Below, piece after piece: positions 19,238 through 28,258 of a stretch of 64,000 nucleotides of DNA (position 1 is the first letter of the stretch; each line of letters opens with the position of its first letter). The translations under genes and the position numbers were made by a program. Source of the stretch: a virus; the IMG/VR virus record IMGVR_UViG_3300017963_000203, positions 1-64,000 of that record. The stretch is one strand, 5' to 3'. The notes under the pieces are model-generated. The model was not told the origin of the DNA. It searched no databases and saw nothing but the letters and a program-made list of their open reading frames with translations.

Positions 19238-20203
19238 ATGAAGGATCTTGCGGACACCCTTGGTGAATTCATCGGGGGCCTGCTACCGGAACCACCGCTT
19301 GCAGCGGACATCAACCTGGACGAGATCGCAGAGGCGGGGCGGCTCGATCTGTGGCGCAAAGAGCAGAGAAAGCTCGACGCCAACTTCCATCCGTCATCCC
19401 TGTCCGATCCGTGCATGCGGTTCGACGTGGTCCGTCTCATGGTCGTCGGCAAGACCTGGGACAACGAGAAGCACCCGATCGCTATGACGATCAATCCCGA
19501 CCCCGACCCGAATCTGTTCGACTACATTCTGCATCGCCGGTTCGACACGGGCACGGCACTCCACGAGATGGAGCAGGATCGATACTTCGGGCGCACCCCG
19601 AAACTCCTCGGCTGGTGGCGCTGTACGAGCTGCAACCGTATCGTCCGTACGGCGCAGACACGCCCCAAGGACCGCTGCGACAACATCGTGACGGTGCGCT
19701 ACCCCAACGGGAAGCTCGCCGAGGAACGGTACTGCCAGAAGCATGGAGACTGGGAGTACCAGGAAATCCACATGCAGCACAAGGACCTCGCTATTCGGTC
19801 CCGCATCGACTTGCCCATCATCCACCAGGGTCGCGTCTACATCGGTGACCTGAAGACCCTCGGGACCGGGCGGTGGGACCAGCTCCAGAGATTCGGGCGT
19901 CCGTTCCAGAAGGACGAGACCCAGGTCAAGATCTACATCTTCCTGGCCGTCGAAGGAGGGTACTTCAATTTCCCGGTGGGGGGAGGTATACTGCGCTACG
20001 TTCACCAGGGGGACCCCGAGGCGAAGCCGATTCACTTCGGCGTTGCTCGTGACCCGGCCGTAGAGAACTGGCTTCACGAGTACATAGGCACCGTGCGTAA
20101 ACTCGCCGTCGAGGGCCGCTGGGAAGTTGCGACCTGTTTCTGTCAGAAGAAGACCCAAGCCAGAGCGAAGAGATGTGCGCTCCGGCCACTATGTTTTCAG
20201 TAG
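19238..20203 (+). CDS. Cas4-like PD-(D/E)xK exonuclease
   Basis: HPSSL..CMR, GTALHE, RIDL...DLKT, Q...Y, C-terminal Cys cluster. Confidence 0.8.
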   Translation: MKDLADTLGEFIGGLLPEPPLAADINLDEIAEAGRLDLWRKEQRKLDANFHPSSLSDPCMRFDVVRLMVVGKTWDNEKHPIAMTINPDPDPNLFDYILHRRFDTGTALHEMEQDRYFGRTPKLLGWWRCTSCNRIVRTAQTRPKDRCDNIVTVRYPNGKLAEERYCQKHGDWEYQEIHMQHKDLAIRSRIDLPIIHQGRVYIGDLKTLGTGRWDQLQRFGRPFQKDETQVKIYIFLAVEGGYFNFPVGGGILRYVHQGDPEAKPIHFGVARDPAVENWLHEYIGTVRKLAVEGRWEVATCFCQKKTQARAKRCALRPLCFQ

Positions 20204-20212
20204 GAGGAGTCC

Positions 20213-21922
20213 ATGGCCAAGAAATCGGTGAAGAAGGCGTCCAAGAAGAAGGCCGCGAAGTCCAAGACCAAGTCGGCCCCCAGAAAGCCTGCGAAGGGGA
20301 AGAAGGCCCCCAAGCAGGCCGCACCCGCGACAACGGTGGAGCAACGGGCCGGAGAGATCGACATCAACTCCATGGACTACCTGCGCTCCTTCGGGTTCCC
20401 CATTCCCGGCACCTTCGAGGCCCAGAAAAAGCGGATCCTCGAGCTGCGCGAACGGGGTGAGGAGTCCCAGAAACACCTGGGCATTCTGCTGACCGTGATG
20501 CATCACAACCAGGTGCACCTCAACGAGGGTTTCGACAAGTTTCTCGAGTTCGTGGCCGACCGACTGGGCCTCGCATCCGGGTCCGCGAAAAACGCCATGG
20601 CCACCCTGGACATGCACGCCAAGATGGGGATCGCCCCCGACGTGTTCAGGAAGATCGGTCAGGGACACATCCACCAGCTCTTCCGTGCGTTCTCGAAGGG
20701 CGTCATCAACAAGGCCGGTGTCCGGAAGCTGCTCCCTCTCGCTACCATGGGCCACAAGAAGTACATTTCTCGGGATCGGTTCAAAACCCGTATCGACGAG
20801 ATGCTCGGTGAGATGGCCGGGAAGACCGGAGCGGTCCTGAAGTCCTTCGCGCTCAAACCCGAGAGCGGAGAGGCCCAGGAGATGATCGAATCGTGTCTCG
20901 GGACGCTGAAGAAGCATCCCGTGTACCGCGACTTCAGCCAGAGCCAGATCCTCGAGAAGGCTCTGGTGGAGTTCTCCGCAAACCACAGCGGAGACGAGGG
21001 GGCAGCCAAGTTCGCCACCCTCGCGAGCTCCTACGAACTGACAGCATCGCTCACACCCCCGGGCGCTGCCCCCGTCATGATCGTCATGGACCCCGAGAGA
21101 GCCGTCAAGGCCGGCCTCGGCAAGGTGAAGGCCAAGATGGTCGAGCGCGCCTACATGGGGTTCGGCAAGGGGGACTACGCCCAGAAGCTCGTTCTCACCA
21201 CCACGAAGGAGCGCGCGGCCAAGATCATGGGGATTCCCGAGAAACAGGTCCGCGAACTCCCCTTCCAGGTGGACCCGGCCGTTCTGCCGAAGATGCTGAG
21301 CCAGCACTTCGAGACGGTCTCGGTCATGCCCCAACCTGACGAAGCGGCCGCACCCGACCTCATCGAGGCCGCACGCCTGGTGAAGATGTCCGTCGAGGAC
21401 ATCCGCAAGTACGCCGATCAGCTCGGCTACGACGTGCAGAAGAGCGCAAAGAAAGAGCCCCTGCTGAGGATTCTCCTCGCCGACCAGGAGCTCTATGGAT
21501 TCACCGACCAGGCCATCGAGGAACTCCTGGCCCAGAACCCTGACCGCAAGAAGAAGGCCTCCAAGAAGCCCGGCAAGAAGAAGGCCTCCAAGAAGAAGAA
21601 GCCCAAGCCGGAGGAAGAGCCCGATCCTGAGCCCGAAGAGGAGGGCGAAGAGGAGGGCGAAGAGGAAGGAGAGCCCGAGGGCGAAGAGGAAGAGAGCGCC
21701 GAGGAGGACGTCACCAACGAGAAGAAGGTGCGCCACAATCTCGACGTCCTCAAGGCCAACGGGGTCATCACCAGGGCCGATTTCGCGGAGAAGTACAACT
21801 CCCTTCCGCAGAGCATGACCGACGACGAGAAGTACGCCAAGATCTACGAGTGGACCAAGGAGGTCTCGCAGACTCCGCGTGCGAAGAAGATCATCAAGGA
21901 GAAAGGGCTCGAGATCCTGTAG
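20213..21922 (+). CDS. hypothetical nucleic-acid-binding protein (Lys/Ala-rich tails, HeH/Rho-N-like motif, acidic linker)
   Basis: AGGAGG RBS; MSVEDIRKYADQLGYDV..SAKKEPLL; 569 aa. Confidence 0.75.
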   Translation: MAKKSVKKASKKKAAKSKTKSAPRKPAKGKKAPKQAAPATTVEQRAGEIDINSMDYLRSFGFPIPGTFEAQKKRILELRERGEESQKHLGILLTVMHHNQVHLNEGFDKFLEFVADRLGLASGSAKNAMATLDMHAKMGIAPDVFRKIGQGHIHQLFRAFSKGVINKAGVRKLLPLATMGHKKYISRDRFKTRIDEMLGEMAGKTGAVLKSFALKPESGEAQEMIESCLGTLKKHPVYRDFSQSQILEKALVEFSANHSGDEGAAKFATLASSYELTASLTPPGAAPVMIVMDPERAVKAGLGKVKAKMVERAYMGFGKGDYAQKLVLTTTKERAAKIMGIPEKQVRELPFQVDPAVLPKMLSQHFETVSVMPQPDEAAAPDLIEAARLVKMSVEDIRKYADQLGYDVQKSAKKEPLLRILLADQELYGFTDQAIEELLAQNPDRKKKASKKPGKKKASKKKKPKPEEEPDPEPEEEGEEEGEEEGEPEGEEEESAEEDVTNEKKVRHNLDVLKANGVITRADFAEKYNSLPQSMTDDEKYAKIYEWTKEVSQTPRAKKIIKEKGLEIL

Positions 21923-21935
21923 GGGAGGGAGACGC

Positions 21936-22436
21936 GTGATCCCAGTACGACTGTTCACCGACGCCGTCGTGGCCAAATCAGGTCCCGGCGGCGTCGGCTT
22001 CGTACTCCTCAGCGAAGAGGAGGAGAAGCCTTTCTATTACGAACACAAACACCCGATCCCGGATGGAATGATGCAGATCGATGCCGAGCTGTATGGGATC
22101 CTGTCTGGCCTCGAATCCATCGAGCACGTCCTCTTCTCCCACAACCTTCGTCCGAAGGATGTCTTCGTGAGCATCTATACGGATTGCCGACCAGCAATCC
22201 ACGCCCTCAACACCGCTCACGGCCAGGAGGACGACCTGACCAGGATCCTCTGCAAGAGGATCATCCGACTCACCTCCGGCCAGTACGTCGATCCGCACGG
22301 TGGCGGATCAGGCTGGTACTTCCTGTCTGCCAAGAAACCAAAGGTACCGCCGAAACTGCGAAGATTCTACGCGCACATGGTACGGGCCCACGAGCTATCA
22401 AGGGCTGCAAAGGCCGCATTCAAGGGACTATTGTGA
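21936..22436 (+). CDS. second RNase H-like protein
   Basis: LFTDA..GGVG, AELYGIL, IYTDC; last acidic residue replaced (AHELS). Confidence 0.7.
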   Translation: MIPVRLFTDAVVAKSGPGGVGFVLLSEEEEKPFYYEHKHPIPDGMMQIDAELYGILSGLESIEHVLFSHNLRPKDVFVSIYTDCRPAIHALNTAHGQEDDLTRILCKRIIRLTSGQYVDPHGGGSGWYFLSAKKPKVPPKLRRFYAHMVRAHELSRAAKAAFKGLL

Positions 22437-22446
22437 GGGACTGACG

Positions 22447-22860
22447 ATGGGCAAGAAACCATCGAATGAACACGCCGAGTCTTTCTGGACGATCCTCCTC
22501 TCGGAGGTATCTCTCCAGAAAGGCCAATACAGGGTGAAGGGACACTTCGCCTACGTCACCCTCCGTATCCAGGGAGGCACCAAGAAAATGTCTCTTTCTT
22601 GGCTCACACCAGAAGATCGACCGTTCGAGTTCGATCTACCTCCGCACCTCTTCCCAGGAAAGCGGTTCGACAAGATCTCGCCGCTGGATGTCGAGCTTCG
22701 TTTCGTCGAGCTCTTCGACCAGGTTCCGGTGTCGACCATCATGGAAGCACCCATCAACCTCCCCATCGAGAAGCTGCCGCCCAGGAAGAGGCGGCGCGCA
22801 CTCATGGCGGCGAAGAAGAAGAGAGAAAAGCAGATTTGGAACCCGCCTCATGTCGAATAA
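22447..22860 (+). CDS. hypothetical protein
   Basis: GAGGGA RBS; fills the operon. Confidence 0.65.
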   Translation: MGKKPSNEHAESFWTILLSEVSLQKGQYRVKGHFAYVTLRIQGGTKKMSLSWLTPEDRPFEFDLPPHLFPGKRFDKISPLDVELRFVELFDQVPVSTIMEAPINLPIEKLPPRKRRRALMAAKKKREKQIWNPPHVE

Positions 22861-23377
22861 ACTACGCATCCTGGGACTGGATACATCATCTCAAAAGGTT
22901 GGTTGGGCAGTGGTCGGCCAGGGCAAGGAACGCCCCGTCCTGGTCGACCACGGTCTACTCGTTCTGCAAAAGAAGTTGCGGCACCCGGCGAGGATGTGCC
23001 GCTTTGAGAATTTCGTCAAGGAACTCATCAAGACCCATGATGTCCACGATGTCGCCATCGAGGACCTGAAGTCGATCCAGAACGCGAAGACCGTTCGGAT
23101 CCTTCAGAACTACATTGCCGCGGCCACACTGGCGACCTGGAAGATGCTCCGCCGCGACGCCATACTCATCCCGCAATCCACAGCCCACAAGAGAATCGGA
23201 GTGAAAACCTTGACGCCAAAGGAGAAAAAGAAACTCACGAAGAAAGAGATTACCGAATACAACAAGAAAGCTGTACTGACCAAAGTGAACAGGGCGTTTA
23301 ACCTGGAATTAGGCGAACAGCACTACGACGTGAGCGATGCGATCACGATCGGCTTGGCCGGATTAGCGGGCCCATAG
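22850..23377 (+). CDS. ruvC: RuvC-like Holliday junction resolvase
   Basis: ILGLDTSSQKVGWAV, VAIED, DVSDAITIG. Confidence 0.8.
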   Translation: MSNKLRILGLDTSSQKVGWAVVGQGKERPVLVDHGLLVLQKKLRHPARMCRFENFVKELIKTHDVHDVAIEDLKSIQNAKTVRILQNYIAAATLATWKMLRRDAILIPQSTAHKRIGVKTLTPKEKKKLTKKEITEYNKKAVLTKVNRAFNLELGEQHYDVSDAITIGLAGLAGP

Positions 23378-23396
23378 GGGCCCGCAGCCAAGTTTT
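23353..23396 (+). terminator. probable intrinsic terminator
   Basis: GCGGGCCC-ATAG-GGGCCCGC with outer CTTGGC/GCCAAG, then TTTT. Confidence 0.55.
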
Positions 23397-23444
23397 ACCC
23401 AGAGGAAATACCTTCAAAATCTCTACCGCATACGTCATAAGAAT

Positions 23445-23790
23445 AGTGCAGCAGGAGTCCATTCTTCGCGCCAGCTCTCAGGGAAGATGGGCGCCACCAC
23501 CGGACATCCCCCAGTAGGGGAGACTCTCACGTCGATCCAAAAAAAGCCCTCCTTCGGGCAAGTCCCAGTAGCCGCGAGTTGGCATCGTGGTGAAAGCCGG
23601 CCTGAAGGAGACGCCGATCGACCGGGTTGGACGCCCGCACGAGAGGTCGGACGGGGCCTGTGCCCCCCGGGGACTTGCCGCAGACGAGGTTGCACAGAGC
23701 CTCGTCACACTACGAAACGAACTCCCCGGCTCGCGCCTCCGTGCGACAGGCCTTCCATTCAAACCCTCATTTGCTCGAGCCGGGGTTTTT
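23445..23790 (+). ncRNA. unidentified structured RNA (copy 1)
   Basis: Intergenic; stems GGCAAGTCCC/GGGACTTGCC, GACGAGG/CCTCGTC, CCCCGGCTCG/CGAGCCGGGG + T5; motifs shared with 28516-28812. Confidence 0.6.
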
Positions 23791-23877
23791 GAATCTGATG
23801 CTGGACGCAGATCCTCTTCACGATACACTGGTGTGTACGAGCCTTTTTTCCGTTTTCTCTGACGAAAGGAGAATGAC

Positions 23878-24315
23878 ATGAGGACCACTCTGGGGCTCCT
23901 GACGGCCCTGCTGGTGGTGTTCGTGGCTTGCTTCGCGACACAGATGGTGTCCGAGCAGCCTCGGGCTCCCGGTGCAGGGGAGGACGACTTCTGTATGAGA
24001 GAGGACATCCGCACGGGCATCGCCCACACCGACGGGGAGCCGGCCATCCCCTGGTCAAGGACGTACGTCATCGCCTACTTGAGCGACGGCGGCGCCCCGA
24101 CCATGGCCGAACAGGACATCATCGACTTCGAGATGTACGACGGGAAACCTCGCTCCAACGAGGCTTGGTGCCAGGAGGTCACCTTCCCGCGGCGGACCTG
24201 CTCAGAACAGATTCGCGAAAGAAAGATGAATCTGGATGCGCAGCACGCCACGGGCATCAACACCCTCATGGCCATCTTCGCCACCGGCAGGAAGAGCAGG
24301 AGGGCCGGGGTCTGA
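23878..24315 (+). CDS. hypothetical secreted/membrane-anchored protein
   Basis: AAGGAG RBS; N-terminal hydrophobic signal-like stretch. Confidence 0.7.
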   Translation: MRTTLGLLTALLVVFVACFATQMVSEQPRAPGAGEDDFCMREDIRTGIAHTDGEPAIPWSRTYVIAYLSDGGAPTMAEQDIIDFEMYDGKPRSNEAWCQEVTFPRRTCSEQIRERKMNLDAQHATGINTLMAIFATGRKSRRAGV

Positions 24316-24346
24316 ACTGGCGCCGATGGCGCCGGGTCTGTACACT

Positions 24347-24388
24347 GAGCCCCGGGCGGACTTCGGTCTGCTCGGGGCTTTCTTTTTT
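24347..24388 (+). terminator. intrinsic terminator
   Basis: GAGCCCCGGGCGGAC-TTCG-GTCTGCTCGGGGCTT + T-run. Confidence 0.8.
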
Positions 24389-24397
24389 CAAGAATAC

Positions 24398-24759
24398 GGG
24401 GGCGTAAAGGGTTCGACTGGGTAGTGAAAGGATACCTTGCGTGCCGTGGTTGGTCGGTCACCACGTTAAAAGCCGCCCACACTTTTAAGTGCCAATCCAA
24501 ACACTGGGAGCTTCACCGCTCCCCTCGCAGCGGTCGCTTAGACCCCTGCCCTCAAACCGGCGAGGTTCCGTAGCTGGGGCGAGGCCGTTCACGGGACTGG
24601 ATCGGCAGAGCTGGTCGTCTGCTGGTTGAGAAAAGACCTGGCTTCGTCGGGTGGAAAGAACCCGAATAGGTTGCCGGCTCTCGAAAGAACCGGATACGCG
24701 CGTAGACAGGTACTGGAAACTGCTTCAGGACGTGGGTTCGATTCCCACCGCCTCCACCA
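24398..24759 (+). ncRNA. ssrA: tmRNA
   Basis: 5' GGGGGCG..GGTTCGAC pairs with 3' CGCCTCC-ACCA (G3:U Ala determinant); T-arm GTGGGTTCGATTCCCAC; tag frame 24491-24541 ANPNTGSFTAPLAAVA*. Confidence 0.95.
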
Positions 24760-24763
24760 GCAC

Positions 24764-24788
24764 AGCCGAGCGCAACGCTCGGCTTTTT
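24764..24788 (+). terminator. tmRNA terminator
   Basis: AGCCGAGCG-CAA-CGCTCGGCT-TTTT. Confidence 0.85.
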
Positions 24789-24820
24789 CACTAACACCTT
24801 CCTGTTTGAAAGGGAGTCCT

Positions 24821-25831
24821 TTGCTAAAAGCAAGCAATCTCAAAGTATGTCCCGTATGCGGGAAGAGGAAATACTCGAAGAAGAAAGACCCTGTTGGAAA
24901 TAAGTGGCACCAGCATGTGACGGCCTGCATTCGATTCAATGAGAAATACGCAGGCGGCTGTGCCTGCGGAAAGATGCCATCGGACTTTCGCAGTAACGCT
25001 GGTTTTGCAAGCCACTTTTCTCGATGTAAATCAGCAGCAGTCGTGAAGAACCTCCCCACATGTAACTGCGGGAAAACTCGGGAGGATTTTTCCTCTCCTC
25101 AAGCATTCGGCGGTCACGTAAGCTCGTGCGGAATTCGCAAGGACAGTCCTGCCGCAGTCAAGGTCAGGTCCGTTAAAGTAGCAAAACCCTTCCGATGCCC
25201 AGAGTGTTCTAAGTCTTTTGCCACGAAACGGCAGCTAACCGCACATTCGTGGATACACAATAGCGAGGGGTGGGGGGATAAGGATTCGGTTCGACAGGCC
25301 CTACAAACAATCGCCGCATCCAGGATCAAACGGCTCCCCGTCAAAAAAAGAGTAGCCATCTGTCTTCCCGGAAACCGACCCGACAACGAAACGAAACTAC
25401 TCGCAGATCCCGGCTTCCACAGGATTCACATGGTCGAGTGCGACAGGGACAAGTTCCTGGTCGGAAGAGACATGGGATTCGACGTTGAACACGGCGATTT
25501 TCTGGAAGTCATGACTCGCTTAGTGAACGAAGGGACTAATTTCTCTCTTATTGACTACGATCTGTGCGGTACTCTGACGTATGCAGACGGCTCGACGATT
25601 CTCGATGCAATTAGGTTAGGAGGTCTGGCCGATATTGCGGCCGTTAGAATTACGTGTTGCCGACGTAATCACAAAAGGGACGGTCAACTCGACATTGCTG
25701 CATTTGATCGGGATGTCAACCATGCCCTCCCGCCTGGCTATTCTGTGACCGGACGGGCATGGCTTAATTATGTGGGCAAGGATAGATCATCGATGGCTAC
25801 ACAGCAGTGGTTGATCGAGAAAGGGGTGTGA
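24821..25831 (+). CDS. multi-zinc-finger protein with C-terminal SAM-methyltransferase-like fold
   Basis: TTG start after GGGAG; repeated CxC...F..H...C fingers; C2H2 KPFRCPECSKSF..RQLTAHSWIH; VECD, GDFLE, IDYDLCG; lower GC. Confidence 0.6.
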   Translation: MLKASNLKVCPVCGKRKYSKKKDPVGNKWHQHVTACIRFNEKYAGGCACGKMPSDFRSNAGFASHFSRCKSAAVVKNLPTCNCGKTREDFSSPQAFGGHVSSCGIRKDSPAAVKVRSVKVAKPFRCPECSKSFATKRQLTAHSWIHNSEGWGDKDSVRQALQTIAASRIKRLPVKKRVAICLPGNRPDNETKLLADPGFHRIHMVECDRDKFLVGRDMGFDVEHGDFLEVMTRLVNEGTNFSLIDYDLCGTLTYADGSTILDAIRLGGLADIAAVRITCCRRNHKRDGQLDIAAFDRDVNHALPPGYSVTGRAWLNYVGKDRSSMATQQWLIEKGV

Positions 25832-26091
25832 TGTTCAAGTGCAACCTATGTCATAAGGAATTCGAGACGGAGAGATCCCTGAACAGCCATCGAGCTTGGC
25901 ACTCAGGAAAATTGAAGGCTTGGAAAGATGCTTCACTTCTTGAGTACCCAGTGAGCAAAACAAAATGGCGAAGAAAAGGGACCAGGCTCATCCGGGAATT
26001 TCTACGTAAACTGCTGAATCCTGATATGCCTGTCGAAGATCGTGAAGACCTCATCAAGATGATCCACATGGAGATCGAAAAGCATCTCTGA
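25831..26091 (+). CDS. C2H2 zinc-finger protein
   Basis: FKCNLCHKEFETERSLNSHRAWH; TGATG coupling. Confidence 0.7.
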   Translation: MFKCNLCHKEFETERSLNSHRAWHSGKLKAWKDASLLEYPVSKTKWRRKGTRLIREFLRKLLNPDMPVEDREDLIKMIHMEIEKHL

Positions 26092-26099
26092 ATAGTAAC

Positions 26100-26242
26100 T
26101 CACCACCACGGTCGGGCTTGGCTGAGGAGGTTCAGCCTGACATACTTGTGTGGTGTCCTTCATCGGCACCACTCCTTTCCCTGGCGGGGGTCTTCGGGCC
26201 CCCGCGAATCAGTCAAGAGCGAGGCTTCGGCCTCGCTTTTTT
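26100..26242 (+). ncRNA. candidate small RNA (hairpin array ending in a terminator)
   Basis: GGCTGA/TCAGCC, GTGGTG/CACCAC, GCGGGGGTC-TTCG-GGCCCCCGC, AGCGAGGC-TTCG-GCCTCGCT-T5. Confidence 0.45.
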
Positions 26243-26295
26243 ATTGAGGGTGTCGTGCCTGCTGTCAAAGTCGCCATCGAGAAGAAGGAAGAAGA

Positions 26296-26463
26296 GTGAA
26301 GGAGATCGCCACAGAGTTCTTTTGGGGATTCGTGCTGCTCGTCCCCACGCTCGTCATCACCATGCTCGTCCTGGGCTCCATAGGGTATGTCCTGGAGAGC
26401 ATCGCCAAACTGTGGAAGAGGAGGTCAAGTGAACACCAAGACCCTGGAGAAAAAGATTCGTAA
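26296..26463 (+). CDS. small single-pass membrane protein (55 aa, below the ORF-track cutoff)
   Basis: MKEIATEFFWGFVLLVPTLVITMLVLGSIGYVLESIAKLWKRR...; AAGGAAG upstream. Confidence 0.55.
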   Translation: MKEIATEFFWGFVLLVPTLVITMLVLGSIGYVLESIAKLWKRRSSEHQDPGEKDS

Positions 26464-28258
26464 GGCCCGCGTAGCCTACTACAACGGAGAGCCCATCATG
26501 TCGGACAAGGAGTTCGACGAGCTCATGGATCATCTCCGGAACGCAGCCCCGACCAGCCGCGTCCTGAAGGAGGTGGGCGCAAAGCCGATGGGCACCACCG
26601 GAAAGCACTCCATCCCCATGGGAAGCCTGAAGGAAGCCAAGACCCCGGAGGAGATGGAGTCGTGGATGAAGGGGATCAAGCGTGGATTCCTGGTCATGGC
26701 CAAGGTCGACGGGCTCAGCCTGTCCTTGGACTATCGCGCCGGCATGCTCGTACAGGCGCTCACCCGCGGCAACGGCCGAGAAGGGGAGGAGGTGACCGCT
26801 AACGTGCTGGAAATGCAGAACGTCCTCGAAGAGATCCCGGGCTTCGACGGCACTCTGCGCGGCGAAGCGTACCTTCCCGTGGCCACCTTCAAGGAGAAGT
26901 ACGAGGGCGACTACGCCAACCCCAGGAACACCTGCGCCGGCATCGTGCGCCGGCACAGCGGTGAAGGATCTTCAGACGTGCACCTGGCTTACTTCTTCCT
27001 CGAGGAAACGGATCGGTTCTTCGCCACCAAGAGCGAGATGCTGGCACGCATCAAGGAGCTGGGACTCAAGACCGTCGACTCGTTCAAGACGAAGGGAATC
27101 ACGAGCCTCTGGCACGCATGGAACGGTGTGGTGAAGACTCGCTACGAACGAGCCTACGAGATGGACGGCATCGTAGTGTACGTCGACCGTGTAGGCGAGA
27201 GGGATCCAGGAGATCCCTTCCTGCCCGACGACGCCTTCGTCTACAAGTTCAATCCGGACGTGGCCGAGACCCAAGTCACCGAGATCGAGCACGTCGCCGG
27301 CCGGTCCGGGAGGGTCAACCCGAGAGTCCACGTCGAGCCGGTGAAGGTGGGGGGCGTCACAGTCACCCACGCGACGGGGAACAACTATCCCTGGCTGAAG
27401 AACCTGGGCGTGGGCGTTGGGGCCCTGGTCGAGATCTCGCGCCGCGGCGACACCATTCCAGCAGTGGAGAAGGTCCTCAAGGCCGGCGCACCCCTGGTTA
27501 TCCCCGGGTCGTGTCCAGCCTGCAAGAGCGTCCTCGAGAGGGACGGGGCCTACCTCAAGTGCAAGAACCTGGCCTGCGAAGCCAAGGACTCCGGAAGCGT
27601 TGCCCACTGGCTGCGCCTCATCGAGCTGAAGGGCGTCGGAAAGAGGACCTTGGAGAAGCTCGTGGAGATGGGTGTCCGACGTCCCTACCAGCTCTACAAC
27701 CAGCGGTTCGAGTTCTGGCAGGAGTTCGGAGCCAACGGGAGGAAGGTCTTCCAGCAGCTCATGCTGAAGAAGACCGTGAAGCCCGAGTACATCTTGGCCG
27801 CCCACGTCCCCAACGTGGGGCGCCGGCGCTTCCGAGCGCTCATCGACGCCGGCTTCTCCATCGACCACATCCTGCTGAACCGCTCGCCGTTGGCCTACAC
27901 CAACGTGGACGGCATCGGTGAGGAGATGGTCAAGACCATCGACGAAGGAATGAAACAGGAGGCCGCCAACATCCAACGCCTCCTCAACCATGTGAATCCG
28001 GAGGTACCCATGCCGAAGGGAGGAAACCTGGACGGATGGGCCGTCAAGTTCACAGGAAAGATGACGCGGAAGCGGAACGACCTCGAAGACCTCGCCATGG
28101 AGAAGGGAGCGCGCATCGGTTGGCAAAAGGGCAAGAAGAACGTCCTGATCATCGCCGACCCCAACTCCACGAGCACCAAGGCTCAGGCCGCGCGCAAGGC
28201 CGGGCACGAGATCATGTCCGAGGAGCAGTTCCTGGCGGCCGCGGGGGAGGCGGTATGA
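26429..28258 (+). CDS. ligA: NAD-dependent DNA ligase
   Basis: YY..SDKEFD, KVDG, TRGNG..GE, RGE, NPRN, DGIV, CPAC..C....C, HhH, BRCT (FTGKM); GAGGAGG RBS. Confidence 0.95.
   Translation: MNTKTLEKKIRKARVAYYNGEPIMSDKEFDELMDHLRNAAPTSRVLKEVGAKPMGTTGKHSIPMGSLKEAKTPEEMESWMKGIKRGFLVMAKVDGLSLSLDYRAGMLVQALTRGNGREGEEVTANVLEMQNVLEEIPGFDGTLRGEAYLPVATFKEKYEGDYANPRNTCAGIVRRHSGEGSSDVHLAYFFLEETDRFFATKSEMLARIKELGLKTVDSFKTKGITSLWHAWNGVVKTRYERAYEMDGIVVYVDRVGERDPGDPFLPDDAFVYKFNPDVAETQVTEIEHVAGRSGRVNPRVHVEPVKVGGVTVTHATGNNYPWLKNLGVGVGALVEISRRGDTIPAVEKVLKAGAPLVIPGSCPACKSVLERDGAYLKCKNLACEAKDSGSVAHWLRLIELKGVGKRTLEKLVEMGVRRPYQLYNQRFEFWQEFGANGRKVFQQLMLKKTVKPEYILAAHVPNVGRRRFRALIDAGFSIDHILLNRSPLAYTNVDGIGEEMVKTIDEGMKQEAANIQRLLNHVNPEVPMPKGGNLDGWAVKFTGKMTRKRNDLEDLAMEKGARIGWQKGKKNVLIIADPNSTSTKAQAARKAGHEIMSEEQFLAAAGEAV

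Noticed and set aside
19238-20203. CRISPR-Cas locus suggested by the Cas4-like gene
   Set aside because: No cas1/cas2 and no repeat-spacer array seen; solo Cas4-like nucleases are common in phage recombination modules
23445-23790. RNase P RNA or glycine riboswitch
   Set aside because: Only fragments resemble them (CAAGTCC, CCCGGCT, CTCTCAGG); no proper P4 pairing or aptamer motif order found
24720-24759. Stand-alone tRNA
   Set aside because: The T-arm and CCA belong to the tmRNA; no anticodon arm
24626-24820. N-terminal extension of the 401-aa ORF
   Set aside because: Overlaps the tmRNA and its terminator; TTG 24821 has an RBS
24745-26110. Integrative element with att duplication at the tmRNA 3' end
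   Set aside because: Only a weak CACCA-type match near 26101-26108 and no integrase; not supportable
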